From contig JBKJLI010000003.1 in the NCBI GenBank assembly GCA_046597065.1, positions 221,151 to 285,150 of the forward strand: a stretch of 64,000 nt of DNA, read 5' to 3'. The notes below the pieces were generated by a model that was not told where the DNA came from, did no database searches, and worked only from the letters and a program-made list of their open reading frames with translations. This DNA comes from Candidatus Saccharimonadia bacterium (GTDB lineage Bacteria; Patescibacteriota; Saccharimonadia; UBA4664; SCTI01). Position 1 is the first letter of the stretch. Each line of letters begins with the position of its first letter. The position numbers and the translations under genes were made by a program. Positions 9,659 through 19,888 of this stretch are shown piece by piece.

Positions 9659-10744
9659 ATGAGTGGAAAGAAAAAGGCCAATTCTCGATTTCCTAGCTGG
9701 TTAAAACTACCAGTTGCAATTATTGCTATAGCCATCATGATTTCGGTTGGTATAATCGGATACTCCAGATATCATCAGTTTAAGCCGGAGAAAATCACCG
9801 ATAACACTAGCTGCTTAAATCCGGCTAGTACCGACTATCAGTGCTTTCAGCAGCATTATAAGTTCCTAACTACAAAAAAGAGTACCGATGTGGCATTTGT
9901 AGATTTAAAGGCCGAGTACAAAACTAACAATTTTGTACGCTCGCAATGCCATCAGTTGACCCACGTTATTGGTCGATCAGCTGCACAGGTGTATCCCGAC
10001 GTGGCTGATGCCTATATACACGGTGACAACTTCTGTTCGTCTGGCTACTACCATGGAGTTATGGAAACGATTATTGCCCAAATTGGTCGCGATAAAGTTG
10101 TGCCGCAAGCTGATAATATTTGTAAAACGTTGCGAGAAAAACAACGATACTCTTTATTTCACTATAACTGCGTACATGGTATTGGCCATGGATTTATGGA
10201 AGTGGAGCAGGATGAGTTGTATAACTCATTGTCTGATTGTGATCATCTAACCGATTACTGGGAGCGGACCTCATGCTACGGCGGCGTCTTTATGGAAAAC
10301 GTCATGGCCTCACAAACCCCAGACAAATCTACCAAATATTTTAAAGCCGACGATGCGGTTTATCCCTGCGACGCCGTTAGTGACGCCTATAAAGAGCAAT
10401 GCTATTTAATGCAAACCTCGCATATTTTACAAACAAATAAATACAATTTTGAGGCCACCTTTGCTGCTTGTGCAACGGTGGCTGAACCGTTTGATGCCAC
10501 CTGCTACCAAAGCTTAGGGCGCGATGCCTCTGGCCAAGCCATTAGTGACGGCCCCCAAACTAAGGCCATTTGTCTAAAGGGCGCCAGCCTATTGGCCCAG
10601 AGTAACTGTGTTGCTGGAGCGGTTAAAGATTTTGTATATTACTTTCATAGTGATAAACAAGGCCATCAGTTCTGTGATTCACTTCCAGCCGATCTTCGAC
10701 AAAGCTGCCACGATACCACCACCGCTTACTACAAGTCGTTTTAA
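9659..10744 (+). CDS. membrane-anchored, Cys-rich (~18 Cys) extracytoplasmic protein, hypothetical
   Basis: An N-terminal TM anchor, numerous Cys residues and His-rich patches (QCHQLTH, NCVHGIGHGF). Confidence 0.55.
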   Translation: MSGKKKANSRFPSWLKLPVAIIAIAIMISVGIIGYSRYHQFKPEKITDNTSCLNPASTDYQCFQQHYKFLTTKKSTDVAFVDLKAEYKTNNFVRSQCHQLTHVIGRSAAQVYPDVADAYIHGDNFCSSGYYHGVMETIIAQIGRDKVVPQADNICKTLREKQRYSLFHYNCVHGIGHGFMEVEQDELYNSLSDCDHLTDYWERTSCYGGVFMENVMASQTPDKSTKYFKADDAVYPCDAVSDAYKEQCYLMQTSHILQTNKYNFEATFAACATVAEPFDATCYQSLGRDASGQAISDGPQTKAICLKGASLLAQSNCVAGAVKDFVYYFHSDKQGHQFCDSLPADLRQSCHDTTTAYYKSF

Positions 10745-10759
10745 AACCGGAGCCCCATA

Positions 10760-11125
10760 ATGAAAAAGACCATTATTACCATTATCAGTTGCCTACTAGG
10801 AATTGCCTTAATTGGGGGTTCTCTATTTGTGGCGGGGGTTCTTCCATTCAACAAAGAGGCCGCTAGCAATAGCGCGGACCCCGGCACGCCCATCAGCCTG
10901 ACCAATTTAGCCAAGCATGATGGTTTGGGTAATCGTGACTGCTATGTAGCGGTTGATGGTACTGTTTATCTCATTAAGGGCTTTGCTCTCTGGGAAATGG
11001 GCCAGCACACCCCATCAAATGGTAAAGCTAAGTGTGGCCAGGATTTGTCGCAAGTAATCCTCGAGTCACCCCATGGCAAAAGTAAACTTCAGCTACTTAA
11101 GATTGTTGGTAAGCTCCAGCGATAA
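10760..11125 (+). CDS. membrane-anchored cytochrome b5-like heme/steroid-binding domain protein (putative)
   Basis: An N-terminal TM segment. The LAKHDG...DCYVAVDGTVYLIKGF...H...G segment resembles the cytochrome b5 fold signature. Confidence 0.45.
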   Translation: MKKTIITIISCLLGIALIGGSLFVAGVLPFNKEAASNSADPGTPISLTNLAKHDGLGNRDCYVAVDGTVYLIKGFALWEMGQHTPSNGKAKCGQDLSQVILESPHGKSKLQLLKIVGKLQR

Positions 11126-11128
11126 GAG

Positions 11129-12715
11129 TTAGGCTTCGCTTAAGCGCATTATCTCGGCGATGGTGGTTTGACCATCAAGCACTTTATGCAGGCCGTCTTC
11201 CATAAGAGTAGACATGCCATTCTTAACAGCCGCCGCTTCAACGTCGTGGCTGGTGGTTTGGGTGGGGGTGGTCATCAGCTGCTCGATGTCCGGTGTGATT
11301 GCCATCATCTCGATAATCGCAATCCGACCCATGTAACCCAAGCCGTGGCACTCCGGACACCCTTTGCCGTGCTTTAGGCGTAGGTCGGCCGGTAGCACCG
11401 GTTGGCGCTCTTTCGGTATGGTTGTCATGATCGATTTAATAAACTCGAGCTCGTCGTCGGTTGGGGCATACCTTTCTTGACAGTGCGGGCAGATTTGGCG
11501 GGCGAGCCGCTGAGCAATAATCATACGGATGGCCGAAGCAAACAGCGGGTTTTGGCCGATCATATCAAGCAATCGGCTTACCGCCGCTGCGGCATTGGTA
11601 GCGTGAAAGGTTGATAGCACAAGGTGGCCGGTTAAAGCGGCTTGAAGGGCTGTTTTGGCGGTATCAACGTCGCGTATCTCACCGATCATCACAATATTTG
11701 GATCCTCACGCATTACCGCTCGCAATTTTTCGGCAAAAGACTCCTTATCTTCGGTTTTAACCGGAATTTGGCTAATGCCAGCCAGATCGTACTCGACAGG
11801 ATCTTCTAGCGTCACAATCTTGGTTTCGGGGTTATTCAGGCGGTTAATAATGGCATACAGCGTAGAAGTTTTGCCGGAGCCAGTGGGGCCAACCGTTAGT
11901 ACCAATCCGTTAGGGTGGGTGGTGATGCGATCGATGCGCTGGACTTGCTCGGGTGAAAAGCCCATGGTTGAAAGATCAAAACTGCGTGACTCATCATTAA
12001 ACAACCTGACTACGATCTCTTCGCCATGAAAGGTTGGCAGCGTTTCGATGCGCATATTTACAGAGCGAAAGGTAGAGCCACTGTCCAATAACATAAAGCT
12101 AATCCGGCCACTTTGGGGTTTATCCGAACCCCAGGTTACCTCGGCCCGTGTTTGTAGGTCGCTTAAAAAGATCTTGTAGGCAGCGGTAGCCACAGTAGTA
12201 ATAGGATGCAAGATGCCATCAAGTCGAAAGCGAATCCTGGCTCCATCGGCTTGGGGCTCAATATGGATGTCGCTAGCACCCAGCCAGTAGGCTAACTGGG
12301 CGATTAACCCAAAAGCATCTTTTGGAGCTGCTGTTTCTAACTGCTTGCCAAAAGAAGCAAAGTCTCCATCGCGGACACTTTTAAATGAGCGGTAGTAGAT
12401 GTTGTTGTTGATGTGTTCAAGGCCCGCAGCTGAAATGGTTTTAAACACCAGCTTAATTTTGGGCACTAGTTGCTGTAGCGCAGGTAGCTTAGTTCGATCA
12501 GTACTCGCCGTTAGCCCCAGCTCAATACTGTCATCGCCAAACCGCTCTAGCGGCGCCACAATATACTGTTTCAGTGTAGATAAGGGCAGTTCTGGAACGT
12601 GCGGCGGTACCGTGATTTCGCGGCTATCAAAGTAGGGAATGCCACTAGTTATAGCGGCTTCAGCCGCCTTTTTTTCCTCCAGATCGCGACCGCTTGGGGT
12701 CGGGTGAGTGCTCAT
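11129..12715 (-). CDS. pilB: type IV pilus / type II secretion assembly ATPase (PilB/GspE family)
   Basis: Walker A GPTGSGKTST and a C-terminal tetracysteine cluster CPHC...CPEC typical of GspE/PilB. Confidence 0.85.
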   Translation of the reverse strand: MSTHPTPSGRDLEEKKAAEAAITSGIPYFDSREITVPPHVPELPLSTLKQYIVAPLERFGDDSIELGLTASTDRTKLPALQQLVPKIKLVFKTISAAGLEHINNNIYYRSFKSVRDGDFASFGKQLETAAPKDAFGLIAQLAYWLGASDIHIEPQADGARIRFRLDGILHPITTVATAAYKIFLSDLQTRAEVTWGSDKPQSGRISFMLLDSGSTFRSVNMRIETLPTFHGEEIVVRLFNDESRSFDLSTMGFSPEQVQRIDRITTHPNGLVLTVGPTGSGKTSTLYAIINRLNNPETKIVTLEDPVEYDLAGISQIPVKTEDKESFAEKLRAVMREDPNIVMIGEIRDVDTAKTALQAALTGHLVLSTFHATNAAAAVSRLLDMIGQNPLFASAIRMIIAQRLARQICPHCQERYAPTDDELEFIKSIMTTIPKERQPVLPADLRLKHGKGCPECHGLGYMGRIAIIEMMAITPDIEQLMTTPTQTTSHDVEAAAVKNGMSTLMEDGLHKVLDGQTTIAEIMRLSEA

Positions 12716-12758
12716 AAATTAACTCTACCATATCTGCTACAATACACCCCAGGTCATT

Positions 12759-14084
12759 ATGAACGAAGAAATCATTATTCATCAGGAGGAGCTTGATCGT
12801 CAGCCGTCGCCCAGGCGTCCACGCAACTGGCGTTGGCTAAAATGGGTGCTAGGTTTGCTGTTTGCACTTGGTATTGGTGCGGTGGTGTTTGTGCTGCTCA
12901 ACTTGTTTAAGGTGTCTACCAACCCCTTTGGCTTTGGTCATTTAAAGGGGGAGTCAGACGGCCGCGTCAACATAATGATGCTGGGTGTTGGTGACCCAGG
13001 CCATGATGGTGAAAATCTTAGTGACACTAATCTAATTCTTAGCGTTGATACTGTAAATCATAAAGTCGCCGTTATCAGTATCCCGCGTGATTTACGCGTT
13101 CGAATACCCAGTTATGGCCAGAGTAAAATTAACAACGCTAATGCCCAGCTAGGGGTAAAAGGTGCCAAATCCGTTTTTGAAGACAACTTTGGGGTACCGA
13201 TTCATTACTATGTTAAAGCCAACTTTACCGGTCTTAAGCAAGTAGTTGATGCGGTTGGGGGAGTTGATGTTAAGAACGATTACGCCTTAATCGACACCGA
13301 GTACCCCTGTGACAAGAACCAGTACAAAAGCTGTGGCTTTAAGCTTGCGGCCGGTCAGCATCATTTAGATGGCGCCACCGCCTTAAAATACGTGCGCTGT
13401 CGCAAGGGTACTTGTGGCGATGACTTTGGGCGGGCCGAGCGCCAGCAAGAGGTTATGCAGTCAATTAGGGCCCGCGCCACCTCTGCCGGTACGCTGGCTA
13501 ATCCAGTGGCTCTGGCAAAGCTAATAGCTGCAGCTGGCAGCAACGTACAAACCGATCTGAGCGTAAACAACTTACTGCGCTTAAACGATCTGACAAAACC
13601 CAAAGACGGCGGCCAAATTAATCCAATTAATATTGTGTTTAATTTAAACCCTGATGGATTTTTGGTAGCATCAAATGATTCAAGTGATCTTTTACCTGCC
13701 AGTGGTAGTTTTACCAAGATCCAAGACTTCGTTAAAGATATCTTTAAGTTCGGTCCAATCTGGGCTGAACACCCAACGGTATTAATCGAAAATGGCACTA
13801 CCACTCCCGGAACAGCCGGAAAGCTTCAAAAACAACTACGTGATGACGGCTACAACCTGAATGTAATAGGTGTCATAAATGCCACAACTAGCGACCACGC
13901 CACTACTCTGATAATCGACCACACCTCAGGCCAGAGATCGAACACCATTAACTACTTGCAGGGCTTATTAAAGGTTCAAGCGACACCGCCGGCGTCTCCA
14001 GTTAAAGTACCACCAGCCGATATCGTCATCATTATTGGTAACGACTTCGTAAACGCAACTGCTAAGCCCACAACTCAGCGATAG
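12759..14084 (+). CDS. LytR-CpsA-Psr (LCP) family cell-envelope polymer phosphotransferase
   Basis: An N-terminal TM segment and the LCP core ISIPRDLRV...SKINNANAQ. There is a C-terminal LytR_C-like region. Confidence 0.75.
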   Translation: MNEEIIIHQEELDRQPSPRRPRNWRWLKWVLGLLFALGIGAVVFVLLNLFKVSTNPFGFGHLKGESDGRVNIMMLGVGDPGHDGENLSDTNLILSVDTVNHKVAVISIPRDLRVRIPSYGQSKINNANAQLGVKGAKSVFEDNFGVPIHYYVKANFTGLKQVVDAVGGVDVKNDYALIDTEYPCDKNQYKSCGFKLAAGQHHLDGATALKYVRCRKGTCGDDFGRAERQQEVMQSIRARATSAGTLANPVALAKLIAAAGSNVQTDLSVNNLLRLNDLTKPKDGGQINPINIVFNLNPDGFLVASNDSSDLLPASGSFTKIQDFVKDIFKFGPIWAEHPTVLIENGTTTPGTAGKLQKQLRDDGYNLNVIGVINATTSDHATTLIIDHTSGQRSNTINYLQGLLKVQATPPASPVKVPPADIVIIIGNDFVNATAKPTTQR

Positions 14085-14117
14085 GGGGTCGTGGCGTCAC
14101 CAGGTTGGTGCTAGAAT

Positions 14118-14486
14118 ATGCTTATGCTAGCGATTGAGTTGTTAGGGTGGTGGTACGGAGTTGGGTGGCGTGAGCTGGCCCGGCGGGTGCTTGGCCGGCT
14201 AGAGGCTACCACCGAGACCTTTTCGCTACCGATTCTGTTGCGAACTTTGTTTGCTCCCTGGCGCCGGATTGTAACTTATGCCGATCGCTCGGTCATTGGT
14301 GGTATGCGCGCGGCTCTTGATAACTCGATCTCGCGAATGGTGGGTTTTGGTGTCCGCAGCATCGTTATTATCACCGCCTCAATTTTCTTATTAGTGCAAA
14401 TAGTATTTGGTCTAGTAGCAATTGTGATCTGGCCAATACTGCCGTTAGCCAGTATTGGGCTGTTGTTAAGGGGTCTGCTACCGTGA
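14118..14486 (+). CDS. small hydrophobic membrane protein, hypothetical
   Basis: A 122-aa ORF whose stop overlaps the start of the next gene by 4 nt. Confidence 0.45.
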   Translation: MLMLAIELLGWWYGVGWRELARRVLGRLEATTETFSLPILLRTLFAPWRRIVTYADRSVIGGMRAALDNSISRMVGFGVRSIVIITASIFLLVQIVFGLVAIVIWPILPLASIGLLLRGLLP

Positions 14487-16912
14487 GTGCCGTCCCAACC
14501 CCTGCAGCGGTGACTTTTAACGCTCGAAGTTCGCGTTCAAAGCAAGCCCGCTTGCGTCGTCAACTTAGCACCCGCGTAGCAGGGTTGATCGTGGTTTTTG
14601 GGCTGGCGCTATTAATTAGCGGGCTCGTCGTCGTTAAAACCGGCAACCAGCTTGGCTACAGTGCTCTTGGACTTTTTGGACTGACACTAATGGTGTTTTT
14701 ATGGCAACGTTGGCAGCTGGAGTCATTATCTGTTAAACCTGGATCGATCGTTGTTAGGGGGGTCGCTCTTGATCAAGTACTAGAAGCCGACCTACTTGGA
14801 TCAATCCAATGGCCGGCTAGCCCTGCGGCACTGTGGCAGGCTTCAACCAGTCAGTGGGAAGGGCGCTTCGTAGCCAGCCGCCTTGGAGTACCAATCGATC
14901 TGGCGGGTCAGTTGCTAAGCAGTGCTGGGCCAGAGTCGGGCAGTTCCGAGGTACTGCTAGCCGACGCCATAGCAATCGCCCAATCAGGCCACCATCAAGA
15001 GCTAGATGGAGGTTTGATCGTGGCGGCTACCCTTATAAATACCCCAGCCTTTCAGCCGGTGCTTACAGAGCTTAAAATCGACCGAGTAGACATTATCTCG
15101 GTACTCGAGTGGCAACAACGCTTAAAAGCCGCTATGGCAAGCTTAAGGCAACGCCAAAGTTACGGCGGCATAGGCCGCGACTGGGCCACCGGCTTTACCC
15201 CCACGCTTAGCCGTTACGCCACGAATATCAGCCATGAGGTGGAATCGGGATATTATCGTCATTTGCCCCAGGTTCATGAAGCCGTGGTGGATCAGTTAAT
15301 CATCCAGCTGGCAAAGAATCGTGGTAATGCAGCTCTGGTGGGTGATTTAGGCAGCGGCAAGACCGCTATCGTTTATTCACTAGCGGAACGCCTGATTAAG
15401 GGGCAGAACACCCAGGGGTTGGATTACTACTACATTATGGAGCTTAACGCCTCGTTATTAATTGCATCTGGTAATCGGGTAGAAGAGACTGTATTGCAAG
15501 TGTTGGGGGAGGCAGTTCAAGCCCGTAATATCATAATCTTTCTAGACGAAGCCCAGCTCTTTTTTGGTAGCGGAACTGGGTCGGTAGATCTGTCAAAAGT
15601 ACTGTTGCCAATATTACAACAATCATCAATTAAGCTAATTTTAGCCTTCTCGCCGCACGACTGGCAGGCTCTTAGTGCCCATAATGGGGCCTTGGCCGGG
15701 TTATTGCAGAGACTGGTGGTTACCCAGCCAACACCACCTGATACGGTTAAGATATTAGAAGATGCTGCGATCGGGATCGAACATAACTCAAAAACCGCCA
15801 TAAGTTATGCCGCTATTAAAGAGAGCTATCGTTTAGCCGAACGCTATTTAACAGAGTCTGCCTTCCCAGGTAAGGGCATTACGCTGCTTGAAGCCGCGGC
15901 CAACCATGCCGAAAATCGGGTAGTGGGTCCAAAATCGGTGCAGTTGGCCATTGAATCGATGGTTGGAGCGAAGGTTGTTGGAACTTCACAAGCCGAAAAA
16001 ACCCAGCTGCTGAAGCTAGAAGACCAAATTCATGAACGTATGGTTAACCAGTCGCACGCCGTTAAGGTGGTGGCCGACGCCCTGCGTCGGGCCCGAGCCG
16101 GTGTTCGCAGCCCTAACCGCCCGGTTGGAAGCTTTTTATTCCTGGGCCCAACCGGTGTCGGCAAGACCGAACTGGCTCGAGCGTTGGCCGATATCTACTT
16201 TGGCGGTCAAGATCAAATTATTCGACTTGATATGAGTGAGTACCAGCAGCCCAAAGACGTCGACCGCTTACTTGCAGCTGGATCGAGTAGTGCCGCCGGT
16301 AGTAATCTGGTAGCTTCGATTCGCAAACAGCCCTTTTCGGTGGTTTTACTTGATGAGATAGAAAAATCCCACCCTGACATATTAAATCTTTTGCTCCAGT
16401 TGCTTGATGAAGGCCGCTTAACCGACACCGACGGTCGTCTAGTGTCATTTAAAGATGCCATCATTATCTGCACCTCTAATGCGGCGGCTAACCTAATCCG
16501 CGAGAAGGTGGGTGCCGGCCAACAGTTAGATCAGTTCGAGGAAGAGATAACCGAGAGCGTAATCGGTAGTGGGCAGTTTCGTCCGGAACTGATTAACCGT
16601 TTTGATGAGCTGGTATTGTTTCGTCCTCTCGATAAGGCCGAGCTGGCACAGGTAGTTGGGCATCTATTAACGGAGGTTAACCAGCATTTAAAAGATCAGC
16701 GCATTAGTGTAGAGCTAACAACGGCGGCCACTGCCTGGCTAGTGGATGCCGGTTATGACCCCAGACTGGGTGCTCGTCCAATGCGACGAATGGTTCAGCG
16801 GGTAGTAGAGAACGAAGTGGCCAAACGCATTTTGAATGGCTCAGCGGCCGCTGGCAGTATAGTTAAGCTAGACACACCAGACTTAATTAAAGCGGCCGGT
16901 AGCGAACGCTAG
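14483..16912 (+). CDS. membrane-anchored ClpA/ClpB/ClpC-family double AAA+ ATPase
   Basis: Two N-terminal TM helices and a Clp_N-like repeat. D1 carries Walker A GDLGSGKT. D2 carries GPTGVGKTELARALA, the Walker B VVLLDEIEKSHPD, and the sensor/arginine-finger region. Confidence 0.7.
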   Translation: MSAVPTPAAVTFNARSSRSKQARLRRQLSTRVAGLIVVFGLALLISGLVVVKTGNQLGYSALGLFGLTLMVFLWQRWQLESLSVKPGSIVVRGVALDQVLEADLLGSIQWPASPAALWQASTSQWEGRFVASRLGVPIDLAGQLLSSAGPESGSSEVLLADAIAIAQSGHHQELDGGLIVAATLINTPAFQPVLTELKIDRVDIISVLEWQQRLKAAMASLRQRQSYGGIGRDWATGFTPTLSRYATNISHEVESGYYRHLPQVHEAVVDQLIIQLAKNRGNAALVGDLGSGKTAIVYSLAERLIKGQNTQGLDYYYIMELNASLLIASGNRVEETVLQVLGEAVQARNIIIFLDEAQLFFGSGTGSVDLSKVLLPILQQSSIKLILAFSPHDWQALSAHNGALAGLLQRLVVTQPTPPDTVKILEDAAIGIEHNSKTAISYAAIKESYRLAERYLTESAFPGKGITLLEAAANHAENRVVGPKSVQLAIESMVGAKVVGTSQAEKTQLLKLEDQIHERMVNQSHAVKVVADALRRARAGVRSPNRPVGSFLFLGPTGVGKTELARALADIYFGGQDQIIRLDMSEYQQPKDVDRLLAAGSSSAAGSNLVASIRKQPFSVVLLDEIEKSHPDILNLLLQLLDEGRLTDTDGRLVSFKDAIIICTSNAAANLIREKVGAGQQLDQFEEEITESVIGSGQFRPELINRFDELVLFRPLDKAELAQVVGHLLTEVNQHLKDQRISVELTTAATAWLVDAGYDPRLGARPMRRMVQRVVENEVAKRILNGSAAAGSIVKLDTPDLIKAAGSER

Positions 16913-17190
16913 AGCAGCCCTACGTGGCCACGGCGAGGCGTAGTGTGTAGGCCGCGTCTACACAAAGCCCATCGCCATGGTTGTGCGTTGCTGAGAATAG
17001 ACTTGTTAGTTTCAATAACCGTCACGACAGTCATCAATGATTAATTATTTTAAATCAAAATAATACACACAAATTTGGGCGAATAAATTCGAATAATTAA
17101 TAATTTAAAACCAAAATAAATACTTAATATAATTTTAATCAAAGAGTGGAGTAGGCGCTAGTCGTCTGTAACCAAAATCTGGGAAATAAA

Positions 17191-17222
17191 AATAACGGCT
17201 TCGTAAAGCCGTTATTTAGTTG
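17191..17222. terminator. bidirectional intrinsic terminator in an AT-rich spacer
   Basis: The perfect hairpin AACGGCTT-CGTA-AAGCCGTT is flanked by A-runs (AAAAATA) on the left and T-runs (ATTTAGTT) on the right. Confidence 0.4.
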
Positions 17223-17756
17223 TGTTTGGATTGGTTTTTGTTTTGAGTACTGATTTTGTTCAAGTACCTATTTACAGATTAACGCAGTATCAAAAAGACT
17301 GTCAATAGATTTTTATGACTTTTTTAGAAAATGTTTTAAGTGGAACTGTCTACGTATAATAAATTGCTTGGCAAGTTACTACCAAAGAGCTACTTACGCC
17401 ACGCTTAGGCATTTAAAATACTTTGTGCCATATCGCCAGTTAATTAAGATATTTTGTCCTCAACTTTTGGTAATGTTTTGTGCCACAGTTTTGTATCGCG
17501 TGGGGGGGATAACTTAGTTGGCACTTTGCCCAGCGAACTGTGAGTAGCTAGTTAACTAGGCAATAAAACAGTATATCCAACTACCGTCAGAAAGTTACGG
17601 TAATACCGCCTTATCGTAAGTAACTTACGATAACTCAACTATCAATGTTGGAAAACGCTAACCGGCAGACGAGCAAGTCATTTAAGCCTCAGGCAAGACA
17701 GGCCAGGACGAGAGAGGGTAGCTGTATGCAGCGGTTATAGCTAAGCTCGACGCTAG

Positions 17757-18203
17757 CTAGCCCTTGCTTCTGATTGCCCGGTCGGCCTCGCGCAGCTGAT
17801 CGCGCCGCTTCATGGTTTCTCGCTTATCATAACGTTTTTTACCCTTACCTAGGCCAATTTCTACCTTAACAAAGCCTCGTTCCTGGAACATCGACAGGGG
17901 TACCACTGAGTTGCCCTCTTGTTTAGCGCCAATTACCACCTGTAGCTCCTTGCGGTGAAGTAGTAGCTTGCGGGGGCGGGCGGGGTCTAGCCCAGCCTGG
18001 TTTCCAGCCTGGTTATAGGGAGTAAAGTGGGCGCCATTTAACCAGGCTTCACCATCTTTGGTAGTTACAAAGCTTCCCTTAAGGCTGACATTGCCCAGCT
18101 TGGCACTCTTAACCTCTGCACCAGATAACACCAATCCCGCCATCAGCTTATCCTGGATGGCGTAATCAAAGGTTGCGCGGCGGTTTTTAGCGAGTATCTT
18201 CAT
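17757..18203 (-). CDS. smpB: SsrA-binding protein SmpB
   Basis: Carries ILAKNRRA...EVKS...RKLLLHRKEL, which matches SmpB. The start is taken at MKILAKN. Confidence 0.85.
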   Translation of the reverse strand: MKILAKNRRATFDYAIQDKLMAGLVLSGAEVKSAKLGNVSLKGSFVTTKDGEAWLNGAHFTPYNQAGNQAGLDPARPRKLLLHRKELQVVIGAKQEGNSVVPLSMFQERGFVKVEIGLGKGKKRYDKRETMKRRDQLREADRAIRSKG

Positions 18204-18245
18204 GCAGCCATTATACATCTGTCTACAGGTTGCTATAATGGCTTT

Positions 18246-19871
18246 ATGTCGCTATCTGCAGCCCTAATCCCTCAAATTCGTGCCATTATTGCCGCTGCCA
18301 TCGAGCAGCAGTATCAAGTTAGTGAATTTGAGACAGTAATTAGCTATCCCGAACCCAACTTTGGGGACTACTCAACCAATGCCGCCTTTGGGTTATCAAA
18401 AACTCTGAAAATGGCTCCCATCCAGATAGCAGAGGCCTTGGCTGCCAGAATCAGCCACCCCGACATCGAACAGGTTACTGCCATCAACGGCTTTATTAAC
18501 CTGCGCATGAAGCAGTCCTATTGGATCAAGCAGTTGGCAGCAATAAATCGCCAATTTGGTAGCCTTGATCTGGGCGGTGGAGCAAAAGTACAGGTTGAGT
18601 TCATCTCGGCTAATCCTACCGGCCCATTAACTCTCGGTAACGCACGAGGTGGCTATGTTGGTGATGTCTTGGCAAGTGTTTTACAGCGGGCGGGCTACAT
18701 GGTTACCCGAGAGTACTACTTTAATAACGCCGGCACCCAGATTCGTAATCTGGTGGGCTCGGTAAAGGCCGCCGCGGGCCTAATTCCATTAACCGACGAT
18801 CATTACCCCGGTGCATATATCGCTGATTTAGCTAAGGAGTACGCCACCGATCTAACCACTAAATCTGATACTGAGCTGGCTGAGCAGTTAACCAACGCTA
18901 TTTTTGAACGCTATATCCGCCCAGCCATCGACAAGATGGGCATCGATTACGACCACTGGTTTAACGAGAGCGATCTCATTTCATCTGGTGCCATTATTGA
19001 AACTCTAGCAGCCCTCGACACTAAGCAGTTAACCGAGGAACACGATGATGCTCTATGGCTTAAAAGCGGCCAATTAGGGGATAGCCGTGACCAGCGGGTG
19101 TTGCGTAAAGGTAGTGGTGATTACACCTATCTGGCTACCGATTTGGCCTATCATCAGAATATTTTTGAGGTTAGACAAATGGATACCTCGATCAAAATTT
19201 GGGGCTCAGACCATGTTGGCCAGGTCGATTCACTACGTCTGGCGGTTAAGGCACTTTTACCCGAGGCCAAGCTGGAGTTTTTAATCTTGCAGTGGGTGCG
19301 TCTGATTAAGGACGGCCAAGAGATCAAAATGAGCAAGCGGGCCGGAAACTTCGTGACGGTCGAAGAGCTGGTTGATGAGGTTGGAACAGATGTCGCTCGC
19401 TATCTGTTTTTAATGCGCTCTACCGATACTGCCATGGACTTTGATCTGGAGTTGGCTAAAGAGCAGTCGCAGAAAAACCCCTTATATTACGTGATGTACT
19501 CATATGCACGAGCCAACTCTCTTCTCGAGCAGGCGGCTCTGCGCAAGCTGTCACCCTTAAGCACTATTGAAACCCTTAGCGCCCCCGAGGTCGCCCTAAT
19601 TCGCCATCTTAGCCGTTTTCCAGATCTGATTGCAGAGATTGCCACCACCTACGAAGTGCACAAGTTAACCTTTTTTGGGCAGATGGCCGCCCAGTTGTTC
19701 CATGATCTCTACGAGAGCGAGCGCATTATCGACCTAGATAAGGCAGAAGCTTGTAAGCGACTATACGTAATTGATCGCTACCACTGCTTTATGCTGGCTT
19801 TCTTTGATACCCTGGGCATTAAACCTGTCGAGCGGATGCATTCAACCGAGAATATAGCCCCGGCCAAGTAA
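18246..19871 (+). CDS. argS: arginyl-tRNA synthetase
   Basis: Class I aminoacyl-tRNA synthetase with the KMSKR variant (IKMSKRAGN) and ArgRS-like N and C domains. Length 541 aa. Confidence 0.85.
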   Translation: MSLSAALIPQIRAIIAAAIEQQYQVSEFETVISYPEPNFGDYSTNAAFGLSKTLKMAPIQIAEALAARISHPDIEQVTAINGFINLRMKQSYWIKQLAAINRQFGSLDLGGGAKVQVEFISANPTGPLTLGNARGGYVGDVLASVLQRAGYMVTREYYFNNAGTQIRNLVGSVKAAAGLIPLTDDHYPGAYIADLAKEYATDLTTKSDTELAEQLTNAIFERYIRPAIDKMGIDYDHWFNESDLISSGAIIETLAALDTKQLTEEHDDALWLKSGQLGDSRDQRVLRKGSGDYTYLATDLAYHQNIFEVRQMDTSIKIWGSDHVGQVDSLRLAVKALLPEAKLEFLILQWVRLIKDGQEIKMSKRAGNFVTVEELVDEVGTDVARYLFLMRSTDTAMDFDLELAKEQSQKNPLYYVMYSYARANSLLEQAALRKLSPLSTIETLSAPEVALIRHLSRFPDLIAEIATTYEVHKLTFFGQMAAQLFHDLYESERIIDLDKAEACKRLYVIDRYHCFMLAFFDTLGIKPVERMHSTENIAPAK

Positions 19872-19888
19872 CCACCACCAACTGTATA

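Noticed and set aside
16913-17756. Calling the AT-rich desert an oriC
   Set aside because: No dnaA or dnaN nearby and no convincing TTATCCACA boxes, only 2-mismatch variants. Kept as an open observation only.
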